From assembly GCF_001194135.2 (NCBI RefSeq), contig NC_068984.1, positions 86,967,323-87,031,322 of the forward strand: DNA of 64,000 nucleotides, in the 5' to 3' direction. The DNA is from Octopus bimaculoides. Lineage: Eukaryota. The notes beneath the pieces are model-generated. The model did not search any database and was not told the origin of the DNA. It saw only the letters and a program-made list of their open reading frames with translations. Below are positions 1 to 12,405 of this stretch, in pieces (the first letter of the stretch is position 1; each line of letters opens with the position of its first letter). The translations under genes and the position numbers were made by a program.

Positions 1-335
1 CCTGAACATCTGCCACAAACAAAAACTAACTTGCTAGTTAACCTGCCTTTGATGTTGCTGCACCTCTTATGTGTCCATAGCTTGCACCGGGTACATCTTA
101 TAGAGTTACTACCTACTCCTTTTCTACATACTGAGCAGGGCCATCTACCTGAAGGGGTTTGTGTTTTATCTACCTTCCTACTTATTAGGATTTTGGTTTT
201 AGCTAGGTTGACTCTAAGGCTCTTCAATTCTAGACCTTGCTTCCACACCTGAAACTTCTCCTCTAGTTCTGATAGTGACTCCGCAATTAGGGCAAGGTCA
301 TCAGCATAGAGGAGCTCCCAGGGGCAACCTGTCTT
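1..335 (-). mobile_element. RTE-type LINE fragment: RT core (YADD) followed by a PHD-like C4HC3 zinc finger
   Basis: Manual minus-strand translation is stop-free: KTGCPWELLYADDLALIAESLSELEEKFQVWKQGLELKSLRVNLAKTKILISRKVDKTQTPSGRWPCSVCRKGVGSNSIRCTRCKLWTHKRCSNIKGRLTSKLVFVCGRCS. It runs off the window edge and is absent from the ORF track because it has no ATG. Confidence 0.9.
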
Positions 336-404
336 GTGTGTATTTTAAATGGCTGTTATGATTCTCCCACCATGTAAATATCTTATGATGTTTTGTATTA
401 ATAG

Positions 405-641
405 GACCAAGCACACGAAGAAAAGGATACTCTGAACTCCCATGGCTGCATTGAATATACTGGAAGAATCCGTAATCGTCTCTGTTTAGTTTTAGATTGT
501 CTTATTCCCCACGATTTTAGTAGTAAAACGTCTGATCTCATAAATCTTCAGCATTATGTGATCAAAGAGAAGAAACTTAGTGAAAAAGAAGCTGTTATAA
601 TTTTTGCTGATATTGTGAGAATTGTTGAAAATTTACACAAA
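405..641 (+). CDS. STK40: STK40 internal coding exon (first in window)
   Basis: AG at 403-404, GT at 642-643, 237 nt, phase 0/0. Encodes DQAHEEKDTLNSHGCIEYTGRIRNRLCLVLDCLIPHDFSSKTSDLINLQHYVIKEKKLSEKEAVIIFADIVRIVENLHK, matching STK40 RICLVLDCLCAHDFSDKTADLINLQHYVIKEKRL as recalled. Confidence 0.95.
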
Positions 642-1313
642 GTATGTTTTTCTTTTTTTTTTAACTAATAATCTTAAGATACAACATGCAGAAGTAGCTT
701 AAATTTTTTAATATTTTCTTTAATTAGATTTTTCTGATACCAATAATATAATCCCCCTTTTGCCTCTTTTTTTTGTAATAATTTCACTAGATTTAGAAGC
801 CCTTTGAATGAAGTATATCCAAAAGATATTATAAATAACAGTACTCCTATTAATTATTAAAAGAGTATGACTTAGAAATATTCAATCTTCTGTTTCTACT
901 AAGATTATTTTATTTAATATCAATAATGGTATTGAACCATTATGGATACTAAAAAGCAATGTTTTATTTTTGTTGATACTGAGTTCACATAATCATAACT
1001 TTATTTTCCTGTACTTTATCTTAGAGATAAAGTAGAAATAATAAATTGTACAAATTGTAAATTTCCTTTTTAAGCTTCATAAAAGTTTCAAGAAAAAAAA
1101 ATTATCAGCTAATTAGCAAGCAAGTTATTTTGATTGGATTTTAACAACATTCTTTTTTAGTGATGATTAAACAGGCTTGTATCTTTTCAATTATATAATT
1201 ATACACAAATTAGATGTTTTTTAATAAAGTAAATATAGAATTATATTTGAAATGCTTGTGTCGCACTATAAATATTTTCACAATTGTACTTATTATTCCA
1301 TGATTCTTCTCAG

Positions 1314-1482
1314 AAAAATATCGTCCACCGTGATTTAAAACTTGGAAACATAGTGTTGAACAAACGATCAAGAAGAGTTACTATCACTAACTTTTGTCTT
1401 GGAAAACACTTGGTGTCAGAAAAAGATTTGTTAAAAGATCAGCGAGGAAGTCCTGCTTATATAAGCCCTGATGTGTTGAGTG
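1314..1482 (+). CDS. STK40: STK40 coding exon (catalytic loop HRDLKLGN, NFC in place of DFG)
   Basis: cag|AAA...AGT G|gtaagt, 169 nt. Encodes KNIVHRDLKLGNIVLNKRSRRVTITNFCLGKHLVSEKDLLKDQRGSPAYISPDVLS. Confidence 0.97.
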
Positions 1483-4400
1483 GTAAGTAAAATTTATTAA
1501 ATGCTAATTGCTATTATTTATTAATTGATTACAATGAAAATTCATAATTAAGTGATAATGGATCCCAGTCTACAAAAGAAAGAAATAATAACTGATATTA
1601 AAAGAAAAACCTTGAAACTTGGTGAAAGACAATTAAATTAGCGATAAAGTTAATGAACTAGTGCAAATATATATATCTCATTAACATACCTTTCACACCC
1701 ACGTTTTCATGCTAGCATGGATTATGTGCATCCTGACAGTCTCCTTTTCCCTTTCTGTGTGCTTAGCTGTCTTGTCCTGCAAGATCTAGTTTTCTCTGAT
1801 CTACTCTCAGCAGGAATCTTAGAAGGAAGACACATTCTGCTATCACTAGTATCCTTCCAAACACATTTTATCTACTAAATACAAGAACTTGTCAACTGTT
1901 TCTTGTTCAAAATCTCAATAGGCATTGCTGATTTTCTGTTAGCCGACTTAAAATCACGATACCATTGTGGTCCATTGCCTTAGTAACATTAAGTAAATAC
2001 TCAAAAATTACATATTTAGTGTTTGCCTTTCTGTTTGTCTAATTAAATTATAATTAATTATGGTATTGTTTAGCTTCTATTTTACTCAACTGCAACATTT
2101 TAATTAAATTTGTTGGTATACAATATGATATTCGTTTTGATGTGGATTGTGTAAAACTATTTATTATTCCAACACTTCAGAAATATTATCTGTTTAAATT
2201 AATTACTTTCATAATTATCCTACAGAGAAAACTAATTATATTAGGCATCAACAACATATTGTTTTCTCTTTCTAAAGCCATTTATGTTTTGAACCTCTTT
2301 TTTGAAATGACGAGCTTGCTGTATATAGATGCAAATATGTCTTTGAAGTTAACTAGTTTGTTTCACAACCATGTGATTCTGGATTTGATCCTTTTTCTTA
2401 GCACCATAGGCAAGTGTTTCTTACTGTAGCCTTGGATTCAGTAATACCTTGTGTGTAGAATTTGGTAGATAGAAACTATGCAGAAATTCATTGTGTGTGT
2501 GTGTGCTTACACTGGTCTAAAAAAAAACTGCTGTCTTTTATATCCTGTAGCTAAGATAAAATGATAGACTGAAATAAGTACTGGGGGTAATGCGATTGAC
2601 TGAACCCGTAATATGGTGCCCTGCCTAGCCACAGTCCAATGATTGAAACCAGTAAAAAACTAAATGAATATTTATTATCCTTATTACATTGTTTTTACAA
2701 TAGAATTTTCTCTAAATGTCAGATTATCAGTATTCGAATACTTTAAGGATACTGTTTTGATATGGCAGTAGCCTCTTTTTTCATGAAGGGCATTTAGTTC
2801 TTATACATTTGTTTTTCTGCAAACCAATGAGAGTGCATGCTTGTGGATTTCAACCTGCTACAAATAACAGCCAATTTTTTCTCAAATTATACCCTACCTT
2901 TTTTAAAAGAGAAAAGGCATATTGAATATTGTAATAAACCATTTCTAAGGAGATGGTATAGTTATGGCTGGAATACCTTTGTTCATAGGTCTGCCCAACC
3001 AGAGCTAACCCAGAGATAAACTACAAGAAGTACCCTGTATTACACTTTAAAAAATATTATTTATCTATCTTTGTAGTAAATTAAACTTGTAAACTGAATT
3101 GATTTGCAATTATACATAGTCAGTTTGAACAAGAGCAAAATATCTTCTTTTCTCTTTCTCACACAGCCATTGAAAAGAACAGAACATGTTGATTGGATGT
3201 AAACTAAAGTACATATTACTTAAACCTATTCTCTTCTTTGAATATTGGATTCTATGAATCCAATTCTCAGCCAAGTTATTGCTTACAGATATATTAAGTC
3301 ATTCATTTTTGAATTGATTTCATATCACTATGGAAAGTTGATGCTTAAACCTTTTGTTAACATAATTCTGTTGAAATACAGTCTTTGTTTCAATTAATTT
3401 TGAAAATAATGGAGAATTTAGTAAAATAACTTTGTCATTATTAAGCTGGTATTTGGAACAAATTAACTTGAAATTTCAATGGAAGGTTTTAATTTGAAAC
3501 AGGAAGTTTATATCATAGAGCCAGGGCAGTTTTAGGCAGGTTAGTATCGAAAACATTAATTGATGAGGGTTATAAGAAAAGGTAGCAGGATGTTGGTAAT
3601 GATGGTGAGTTAATAAGCCACAGATTACAAGTGTTTACTAATTTAATCAGGTTTGTATCTATACAAAAAGAATGTCATGCATTGTTAACCAAACATATTT
3701 AAATGTTGTATAAATCAATGTAAGTTATACAGAGTTGGTTAGTAACGATCATTTAATATATTTTATCCTAACATTGTGTGTCAGATAGATGAATAACTGT
3801 AATAACTATTACCATTTATGTGATCATTCAGCTCATTATAAAACTAGAGCAGTGTCTTTAGATCACTGTTTTTCATTGGTGGGGTTTGTGACCTGTGCAC
3901 CACAACAGAATGTAGATCTTAAAACCAAGGTGCCACAAAAATGCATTAGTGTAGATGCTGGTGCCATATAAAAAACACGTGCTAGTGCTACATAAAAAGC
4001 ACCCAGTACATTCAGTGAAGCAGTTGGTATTAAGGAGGGCATCCAGTCATAGAAGCCAAGCCAAAACAGACTATGGAACCTGGTGCATCCCCAGACCTTG
4101 CCAGTTCCTGTCAAGCCATCCAACACATGCCGGCACAGAAAGCAGATGTTAAATGACGGTAATATGAGGATTAAAAAGAGGGCAGACAAATTGCCATGTT
4201 AAATAAAATTAAGATGACTTTTGAAACTTGCCCAACACCATGATAAAGAAAAGACAGATATATGGAAGCAAACTCTATTTTACATTCTCATTAATGAAGG
4301 TGAGAGTAAAACATTTCCCCAGTATTTTAGTGGGACGGTATCTGGTATTTGTCATTTTGGGATCCACGACTATGGACAGATCCAAATCAGTTCAATGGTA

Positions 4401-4948
4401 AATTGTTTGGACCATGAATTCAGTTATCGCTTATAAACTCAAATAGTTTATTTTCTACCAGTTTTATTTTTTCTATTATAATAGTCCAATTCATGCCAGC
4501 ACGGGAAAATGGACATTAAATGATGATGATAAGGATATATGAAATTCTTTTGTTTACATGGTTTGAGATATTAACTCTTTTACTGTGGAAAGTAGATATA
4601 TCCACTGAAAATTATCCTAAACGGCAGGAAGCAGTTTTATATACCAACCTATCTTTCATTGAGGAATGTCATGTTTGAAACTTTCCTGTTGAGATATGTC
4701 AAGTTTATTGAGGCAGTGTGACTTGCAGAAAATACAAATTGTACTTTACGATAGTTATTTAGCATTATTATTGGAATAACCATGAAATTTAATTTCACAG
4801 TGAAAGTGTTAAAGTGGTAATAATTTTCAGATCTAATGCTGTAAACTGTTATTGTACTTTTTTTTATTCTTTTATATGTTTTAGCCCAAAGGCTGTGGCC
4901 ATGTTGGAGCACCATATGTAATTTTTTTTTTTTCCACTATATTTTCAG

Positions 4949-5093
4949 GTAAACCATATTTAGGAAAACCAAGTGATATGTGGGCTCTTGGAGTAGTTCT
5001 ATTCACTATGATTTATGGACAGTTCCCATTCTATGACAGTGCACCTCAAGAATTATTTCGAAAGATTAAAGTAGCTGAATATAGTATACCATC
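4949..5093 (+). CDS. STK40: STK40 coding exon
   Basis: tttcag|GT AAA...CCA TC|gtaag, 145 nt. Encodes (G)KPYLGKPSDMWALGVVLFTMIYGQFPFYDSAPQELFRKIKVAEYSIP. Confidence 0.97.
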
Positions 5094-5889
5094 GTAAGAG
5101 ATGATTGTTCACGATTCCTCTATGTTTTGTGCTTGATCTTTTGACTTTTGAACATTAAGATTTCTTAAGCTACAAAAAGAGATTAATACTGGTTAATTGT
5201 TAATATGAGTGGAGCAGAGTTGAGATGAGTTAAGAGTGGTGTGTATTTGGAGACTAACATTGAGAAACGTGGAAGGGCAGAGAAAATTGAAAAAATAGTA
5301 GAATACCAGATTATGTCAAAAAATTATATCCAAGAAACTTGATATTAGCAATATTAAAAATATGTTGACATCAGTAGTTTTAAAGGTGTGTTGATATTAA
5401 GGGTTTATAGACCCTGACTGACCAAAACCTTGTAAGTGAATTTGGTAGATGGAAACTAAAATAAGGCCTTCATATAGATATATATCTATGTATATATGTG
5501 TCTGATTGTTTGTTTACTTGTATGCTCTGTGAAAGTCACTACAAGTGGTGTTGTGTTTTTATCACTTCTGTCAATAAATCATCTGGGGTATTAAACTTCA
5601 ATGGCCATAGTATTCCTGTGAAGAGTAACAAGTTATGAAGTTTGAAACACTTTGTATCTACAATAAGTTGACGGAAGAAATACTACCAATAAAATGATGA
5701 AAAATATTGAGTTTGGAGTAGAATATAATTTATTTTAGGTGTACAGCAATAAGTTCTTGTTTTAGTTTCAATATTTATAAAAATATTTTTTTACAATTTT
5801 AAGAAAAAAATGAAGAGTTAAGCAATTTGAAACCCTCACTATATATTGCCCATATTTTTGACATTATTTTGCTTTTTTTTTTCACTAAG

Positions 5890-6009
5890 GGACAACAATA
5901 TATCTCAAGACACAATTTTAGTGATAAGGAAACTTTTAATTCTTGACCCCAATACAAGACTTGCAGCTACAGAAGTTCTTGATACTTTGGCTGTTATTAT
6001 AGCCAATTG
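5890..6009 (+). CDS. STK40: STK40 coding exon
   Basis: ctaag|G GAC...AAT TG|gtaagt, 120 nt. Encodes (S)DNNISQDTILVIRKLLILDPNTRLAATEVLDTLAVIIAN(W). Confidence 0.95.
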
Positions 6010-7099
6010 GTAAGTTACTAAATCTCTTAATTCTGGTAATTAGTATATTGACATTGTTAAAATTTTGAATATAATTTTAAAGATGTCAGCTACATGTCAG
6101 TTGTCTCATTGTTATCTTTCTTTGCTTTTAACTTTGATATTTATTTTTGACAAAATTAGATTAAATTTATTATCTTCAATGCATTATGTAACATGATTTG
6201 TAGGAAAGAATTTTTTTCACATCAACAAGAATGATTTCTTCTTTAGGTTCACATGGAAAATTTTTGTAGGAAATAGTTGGAATTGGTCATTACCAATTAA
6301 TGTAGATTAAATCAGTTTACTACCAGTATTTATTTTTATCAAACCCTGAAGATAAAAAGCAAAAGTTGTTATTTAGCTCCAGGTCTCACCTGGTCAAGCC
6401 TGATCTATGATCAAAAGCATTTTTCAGCCGTGAACATCTTACGTTTTGTTCAGGTGTTTTGTATCTTCCTCTACATTAGCCAATGCATCCTTCTTGTTTT
6501 AAGATAGCAAGGTACAACACAGGAGATATGGCTCTTCTTTTCAACAGTTTGAGTGACCAAGCTGAGACTTGTGAAATGCCAAAAGCAATTTGGGTGAGAT
6601 TTGAACACAGAAGCTTGACTATTGAAACTGAATACTGTAGTCATTTAGTTTTGTGCTTTGCTATTTGTGACATGTCCTCACCTTTTTACAAAAACAATGT
6701 TTTTCAGTCCTTGCAAATTTGAAACTGAATCTCTCACAGAAAACAAAAGCCACTTTCATTCAATGCACATTTAAATCTAGTTTCTACTGAAGCCTGATTC
6801 CCCTTTAATTGCATTCATTTTGAAACAGGGTGGACACATTAGGTCGTGTGATCCTAGATGCTCAATGCTAATGGGAATGATGAGGTAGCTATGTCTGGGA
6901 TACCTTTGATCATTGGTCTGCTCAGTCAGAATTAACTACAGTCTAAACAAAGAACATTGAACATTATACACTTGAGACAGGTTTCAAAGATTAAGTGATG
7001 AAAAATGACTTTTCAATTAGAAAGCCGTGAGTTTGTACCGTTACTGACATTGTACTCTTTTCTTGGGGTAGATAACTGCATCCCTCCACCTAATATAGT

Positions 7100-7680
7100 A
7101 GTATTTGCAGATATTTTCTAGAGTTTTAATATATGGATAGTCATGATATTCTTGATAGACCGTATGATAAAATACTGAGTAAGATTAGTGGCTGAGTTTT
7201 TTTAAATGGAGTTGACTAGTTCTGGACTGCTATTTCTAGCTGGTTGGGCAACCATATAGAGGTTTTCTTATTGGTTTGTGAATTGCATGTATTATTCCAG
7301 TAGAAAAGGTCTCAAATGGGAGCAATTCTACTGTTTTTATTTAAGTTAACTGGTCCTGGGATATTCAGTGAGTAGGAATGTAAGAACAAATGGTAGTAGA
7401 ATTGAGGAAGTAGTAGAGATGTAATGGGTAAAATGGAGAGTTGCATGGGTCAAACTCATCACTGAGGATGACTACAAATATAGGTTGTGGACAGATAATA
7501 ATTCAGATATGCTGTTAGTAGAGAAGTAAATAAACTAAAAGGAAATTATAAGTTTTTGAATTATGATGGTAAGGCTGATAATTTTGTGGAAGAGGCTGTA
7601 GTTTGAACATGACTGATGGAAACAGATTTGTGAGAGCTACTTTAATGGTAGATAACTGGATTATTGTAATCATATAAGAG
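7100..7680 (-). mobile_element. Highly degraded CR1/L2-like LINE fragment
   Basis: Minus-strand remnants resemble the linker/N-terminal RT region of CR1-type ORF2 (for example RNSSPELVNSI). Many stops and frameshifts. Confidence 0.35.
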
Positions 7681-7788
7681 AATTTTCACAGCTATTTTCA
7701 GTTAATATGTACCACCCACTTTTTTTTTCTAATTACTTGAAATGTCTCCTTTTCTGTTCTTAATGCTTCATAAATGTGTTATTTTTAG

Positions 7789-8086
7789 GAGAGCAATGTC
7801 CAGTCGTGCTTTGCCTTTTCATACAGTGCCTGATATTGATGATGAAGAATCAAAAGAGCCAGATGTGAGTTTAGACAATTCAACAAATTCTTCAAATGGA
7901 ACTGACCCAGAACTTAAGAAATCACAAAAGCCAACTGTAGATGTAAATTGGAAGCCAACATCAGTGCCTGAAAATATGCATCATAGACTTAATCGATTAA
8001 ATAATTTAACTAACCAGTCTACTAGCCCAGAATCTCATTCTGCTTTTGATGCTTATGTGCCATTCCGTCATTATCAATCTATATGA
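7789..8086 (+). CDS. STK40: STK40 last coding exon (contains VPD motif)
   Basis: ttttag|G AGA GCA ATG... Encodes (W)RAMSSRALPFHTVPDIDDEESKE...RHYQSI-stop. Phase is consistent with the previous exon. Confidence 0.9.
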
Positions 8087-8132
8087 ACCATTTTTGGAAA
8101 CCTGTCCTATTTAATTTACCCAAACGAAACAA

Positions 8133-8138
8133 AATAAA
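8133..8138 (+). terminator. Candidate polyadenylation signal of STK40
   Basis: First AATAAA, 47 nt after the stop codon, followed by T/GT-rich sequence. Position only, no transcript evidence. Confidence 0.4.
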
Positions 8139-9710
8139 TACTTAGTTTTTAGAAATTATTTTATACACAACCAAACTGCATGTGTTGTTATTGATATTTA
8201 CTTTGTCTTATTTTTCCTCAGATATTTTCACACAAGTATGTGTGGTGTTAGATGTATTATCATCATCATCATTTTAATGTCCATCTTTCCATACTTGCAT
8301 GGGTCAAACAGAATTCATTGAGACAAATATTTCTATAGTCAGAGGCCCTTCCTGTCACTGACCCTCTTTTGTTTCCAAGCAAGATAATATTTTCTCATGA
8401 TCATTATCTGTTTTCCATTGCTGGCATGGGTTGAACATTTTGATAGGAACCAATGAACTGGAGGACTGCACTGAGCTCCAGTGCCTGCTTTGGTATGGTT
8501 TCTACAGCTGCAATAGGGAAGTATTACATTGCCAGAAAACTGGTGAGGTTTAGCAATAGGAAAGGTATCTGGCTGTAGAAAATCTGCCTCACTGAATTCT
8601 ATCTGATGCTAGCATGGAAAAGTGGACATCAAAACAAATACTATATGTGACTCTGTGTGTGTATATACAATTTTCCAAGCTATTCATTGCTTTGCTGTCT
8701 TAACTGGCTGTGTAGTTAAGAAGTTTCCTCCTTACTGATGTAGCTTCAGATTAAATGACTTCCATTGTAGTCTTGGCTAACCAATGCTTTGTATGTGAAT
8801 TTGGCAGATGGAAACTATGCCAATCCCATTTCGTGTTTGCAAACATACGCTTTCTCTCACACACTCACATACACAAATATATACAGGAGGGCAGTGATTC
8901 TAAATAAGAACTCAGATTGTAACCTGTTCAGCCCATGCTAGCATAAAAAGTAGATGTCAGAGGGTAAAGATCATGATGCTTTAAGACTGTAGAACATGAT
9001 TTGGTGGAGATTTGATTGCTATTTCTTGCAGATCAAGTGGCCATGGTAGAAGCTTTTGTGTTAGTTTCATCATCAGCAAGTACTCTCTCTTTATTTCTCT
9101 CAACAAACAAATATCATCATCATTTAAAATCCATTTTCCATGCTGGCATGGGTTAGATGGTTTGATGGGAGCTGGCAAGCCAGAGGACTGCACTATTGTC
9201 TGTTGTGGTATGGATTTTATGGCTGGATGCCCTTCCACTTTACTGGTTAGACTGTATGCTTTTCATGTGGCACCAACATCAGCGAGATCTGTTTTGGCAT
9301 GGTTCTTATGTAGAAAATATCTTTATGTACTTAGTCTTGCTGTAAAATTAAAGAACTTTTTTTGGTTACTTGAAATGAAAACTGAATAACCCATGGAACT
9401 TGTGGAGGCAAACTTTACCTGTTTCTAAGTAAGGTAATATTTTCCCATGGCCAGACCGGTTTTCACAGAAGATTGGAACTAAAGAACACTTTTCCTCAAA
9501 GATATTTTCACACAAGTATGTGTGGTGTTAGATGTATTATTATCATCATCATCATTTTAATGTCCATCTTTACATCCCTGCGTGGGTCAAACAGAATTCA
9601 TTGCGACAAATATTTCTATAGTCGGAGGCCCTTTCTGTCACTGACCGTCTCTATCATGCAATGTCAAGGCAAGTGGAGAGACACATGCACACATATATGT
9701 ACATATATAT

Positions 9711-10120
9711 NNNNNNNNNNNNNNNNNNNNNNNNNNNNNNNNNNNNNNNNNNNNNNNNNNNNNNNNNNNNNNNNNNNNNNNNNNNNNNNNNNNNNNNNNN
9801 NNNNNNNNNNNNNNNNNNNNNNNNNNNNNNNNNNNNNNNNNNNNNNNNNNNNNNNNNNNNNNNNNNNNNNNNNNNNNNNNNNNNNNNNNNNNNNNNNNNN
9901 NNNNNNNNNNNNNNNNNNNNNNNNNNNNNNNNNNNNNNNNNNNNNNNNNNNNNNNNNNNNNNNNNNNNNNNNNNNNNNNNNNNNNNNNNNNNNNNNNNNN
10001 NNNNNNNNNNNNNNNNNNNNNNNNNNNNNNNNNNNNNNNNNNNNNNNNNNNNNNNNNNNNNNNNNNNNNNNNNNNNNNNNNNNNNNNNNNNNNNNNNNNN
10101 NNNNNNNNNNNNNNNNNNNN
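9711..10120. other. Assembly gap (other gaps: 17755-17953, 46743-47524, 49791-49997, 51243-51255, 56665-56945)
   Basis: Runs of N. Confidence 1.
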
Positions 10121-10356
10121 CAAGCTAAAGATAACAACTTAAGTTACAATAAATTTATTTAATATAAAAAAAAGAAAAAGTAAAACAAAATATTTTAATC
10201 TTCAAAGAATAATACTAATCCGGTTTTAGACTAGCATAATACTGTTACAACTACAAAAAGTTCCATCAAAATATCACATTTTTATCATTAAACACATAAT
10301 ACATAATAGTTTGCCATAATCACCAAATGCAAGACAAAATATTTTTGTTCCTTTAA

Positions 10357-10582
10357 CCCTTAGCATTCAGATTACAGATGACTCTGTCAAATTTAATGCT
10401 TATTTATTCATATTGTTTTGAATTAATCATCTATTATCTTGTAGCTTTGAGATTTCAATGATGTAATTGATTATTTTTAGAATGACACTGTAGGGTAGGT
10501 GTGAGAGGTTAGATTTGACTAGTTTGAACATAAAACAGGTAGAACATTTGTGCTGGATATAGCCAGTTTAAATGCTAAAGGG
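10357..10582. mobile_element. piggyBac-like MITE, copy 1
   Basis: TTAA|CCCTTAGCATT ... AATGCTAAAGGG|TTAA: terminal inverted repeats with TTAA on both sides (10353-10356, 10583-10586). A second copy is at 55112-55331. Confidence 0.75.
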
Positions 10583-10864
10583 TTAACTTGTGTCTAAAAA
10601 TCTCATAAATCATTGATGGAGAATTCCTTACAGTAAAGATATTTCATTTTGATGAGATTCTAATCAAATTGGAAAATGCTTTTATTTTAATAAATAGCTT
10701 TAAATAAATATGTAACAAAGTAAAAATAAAAGTATAAACTGAAAGGGGCAAATTGTAAAACAAAATTATCCTTAATATTTTCATAATACAAACATATATG
10801 CATATATATCATCATTGGCTTTTATCTCGTATCCGAGGATTTAGTTTCTTTTTTGCTGAACACT

Positions 10865-11437
10865 TCCTTAATGGTGATGGTGTTGGTGACTAAGTAGACC
10901 AATTCTTGAAGAGTCAATAGCATTGATCTCATGGAAATGCTGGTGAAAGACAAGGCTGAATTTTGTCAAGCATGATTTTCCTGTCATTTGATTTCTTCTT
11001 TTTCTTTTCTGGTGGCTTTGAAGTTTTTGGTTCCAATGATAATGGAACACTATCACTTGGTATAGTCTCAGGCTTGTGTTTCAAACCATTTAGGCTCAAG
11101 TACAGAGGTATTCAGTGCTTTGAGTTGGTCTTTGTATATTTGAAGAGGGCAGCCCTGTGGTCTTTTCGTTGAGTAAGTCTTGGCATGGGAACCTTGACTC
11201 TTCCATTCTTGTTACATGTCCTGACCATCGAAGATGGTGTTTCATGATCAGCAATTTGATGCTTTGACTGTTGGTTCTTTCTAGGACTTTGTTGTTGGTC
11301 ACATAGTGTTCCCATTTGATGTTCAAGATTGAATGAAGCTTTTGGTGGTGAAAGCATTCTAATTTTTGAATGTCGCAATGATATAGACATAGTTCAGGTT
11401 TTGCAGCCATATAGCAAAGTTGAAATGACAACAGCAT
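10865..11437 (-). mobile_element. Degraded RTE (BovB-like) LINE 3' part
   Basis: KLECFHHQKLHSILNIKWEHYVTNNKVLERT...LRWSGHVTRM and the terminal SRIGLLSHQ motif, typical of RTE-clade ORF C-termini. Frameshifted. Confidence 0.85.
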
Positions 11438-11763
11438 TATATATATATATATATAGATAGATATGTTGCATGTATGGGATATAAATAACTACATTTTTCC
11501 AGTTTTCTAATGGTTTTCCTCTCTAAATGTGATCCTTTTAGTGGCAAAGCTTTAGGGAAGGGGCAGCCTGCCCCAAGCAACACTCTTACAGGACAGCACT
11601 TATGGGTCTGCTGTATAAGCTTGGAAGCCCGTGTGTGTGTGTATTAAACTCAATGATTGCCCCAGTTAGCACACACTATCTATGTGATGGGATCCTTTAA
11701 ACTTTAAAAACTCTAAACTATATCCAACTTTTGATGATTATTATTATTATTATTATTATAGGA

Positions 11764-12405
11764 AAGGTGGCAAGCTGGCAGACTCGTTAGCATGTCAGGC
11801 AAAATGTTTAGCAGCATTTTGTCAGTCTCTACATTCTGAGTTCAAATTCTGCCAAGGTCAACTTTACTGTTCATCCATTAATAGTTCTGTCAGCTTGTTG
11901 CCTTAATAATAATAATAATAATAATAATAATTCCTTCTACTAAAGGCACAAGGCCTGAAATTTTAGAGGAGAGGACAAGTTGATTACTTTGACCCCAGTG
12001 TTTCTCTGGTACTTAATTTATCAACACCAAAAAGATAGAAAGGCAAAGTCAACCTCGGTGGAATTTGAACTCAGAATATAAAAACGGATGAAATACTGCA
12101 AAACATTTCATCCTGTGTGCTAACGATTCTGCCAGCTCACACCACCCTAATAATAACAATAATAATAATGGTTTCAAATTTTACCACAAGGGCAGCAATT
12201 TTGGGAGTGGGGATGAGTTAATTATATCGACCCCAGTTTTCAACTGGTACTTATTTTTATCAACCCTCAGTGAAATTTGAACTCAGAATGGAGCGACAGG
12301 TGGAATACCACTAAGCATTTTGTCCAGTGTGCTAACAATACTGCCAGCTCACCACCCTAATGATAATGATAATAATAATAATAATAATAATGATAATAAT
12401 AATAA
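11764..12405. mobile_element. Cluster of AAGGCGGCGAGCTGGCAGAA-type SINEs in opposite orientations, separated by (AAT)n
   Basis: Plus copy 11764-11879, minus head fragment 11885-11904, minus copies about 11931-12149 and 12169-12360. They share the TTCTGAGTTCAAATTC box and the GTCAACTTTGCCTTT core. Confidence 0.85.

Noticed and set aside
6870-6940. C/D snoRNA candidate (AATGATGA)
   Set aside because: No appropriately placed CTGA D-box or terminal stem.
9473-10162. Long ORF-track entries (also 46608-47688, 49714-50053, 56610-56992, 17703-18092)
   Set aside because: They consist of X from N-gaps plus microsatellite translation and are not genes.
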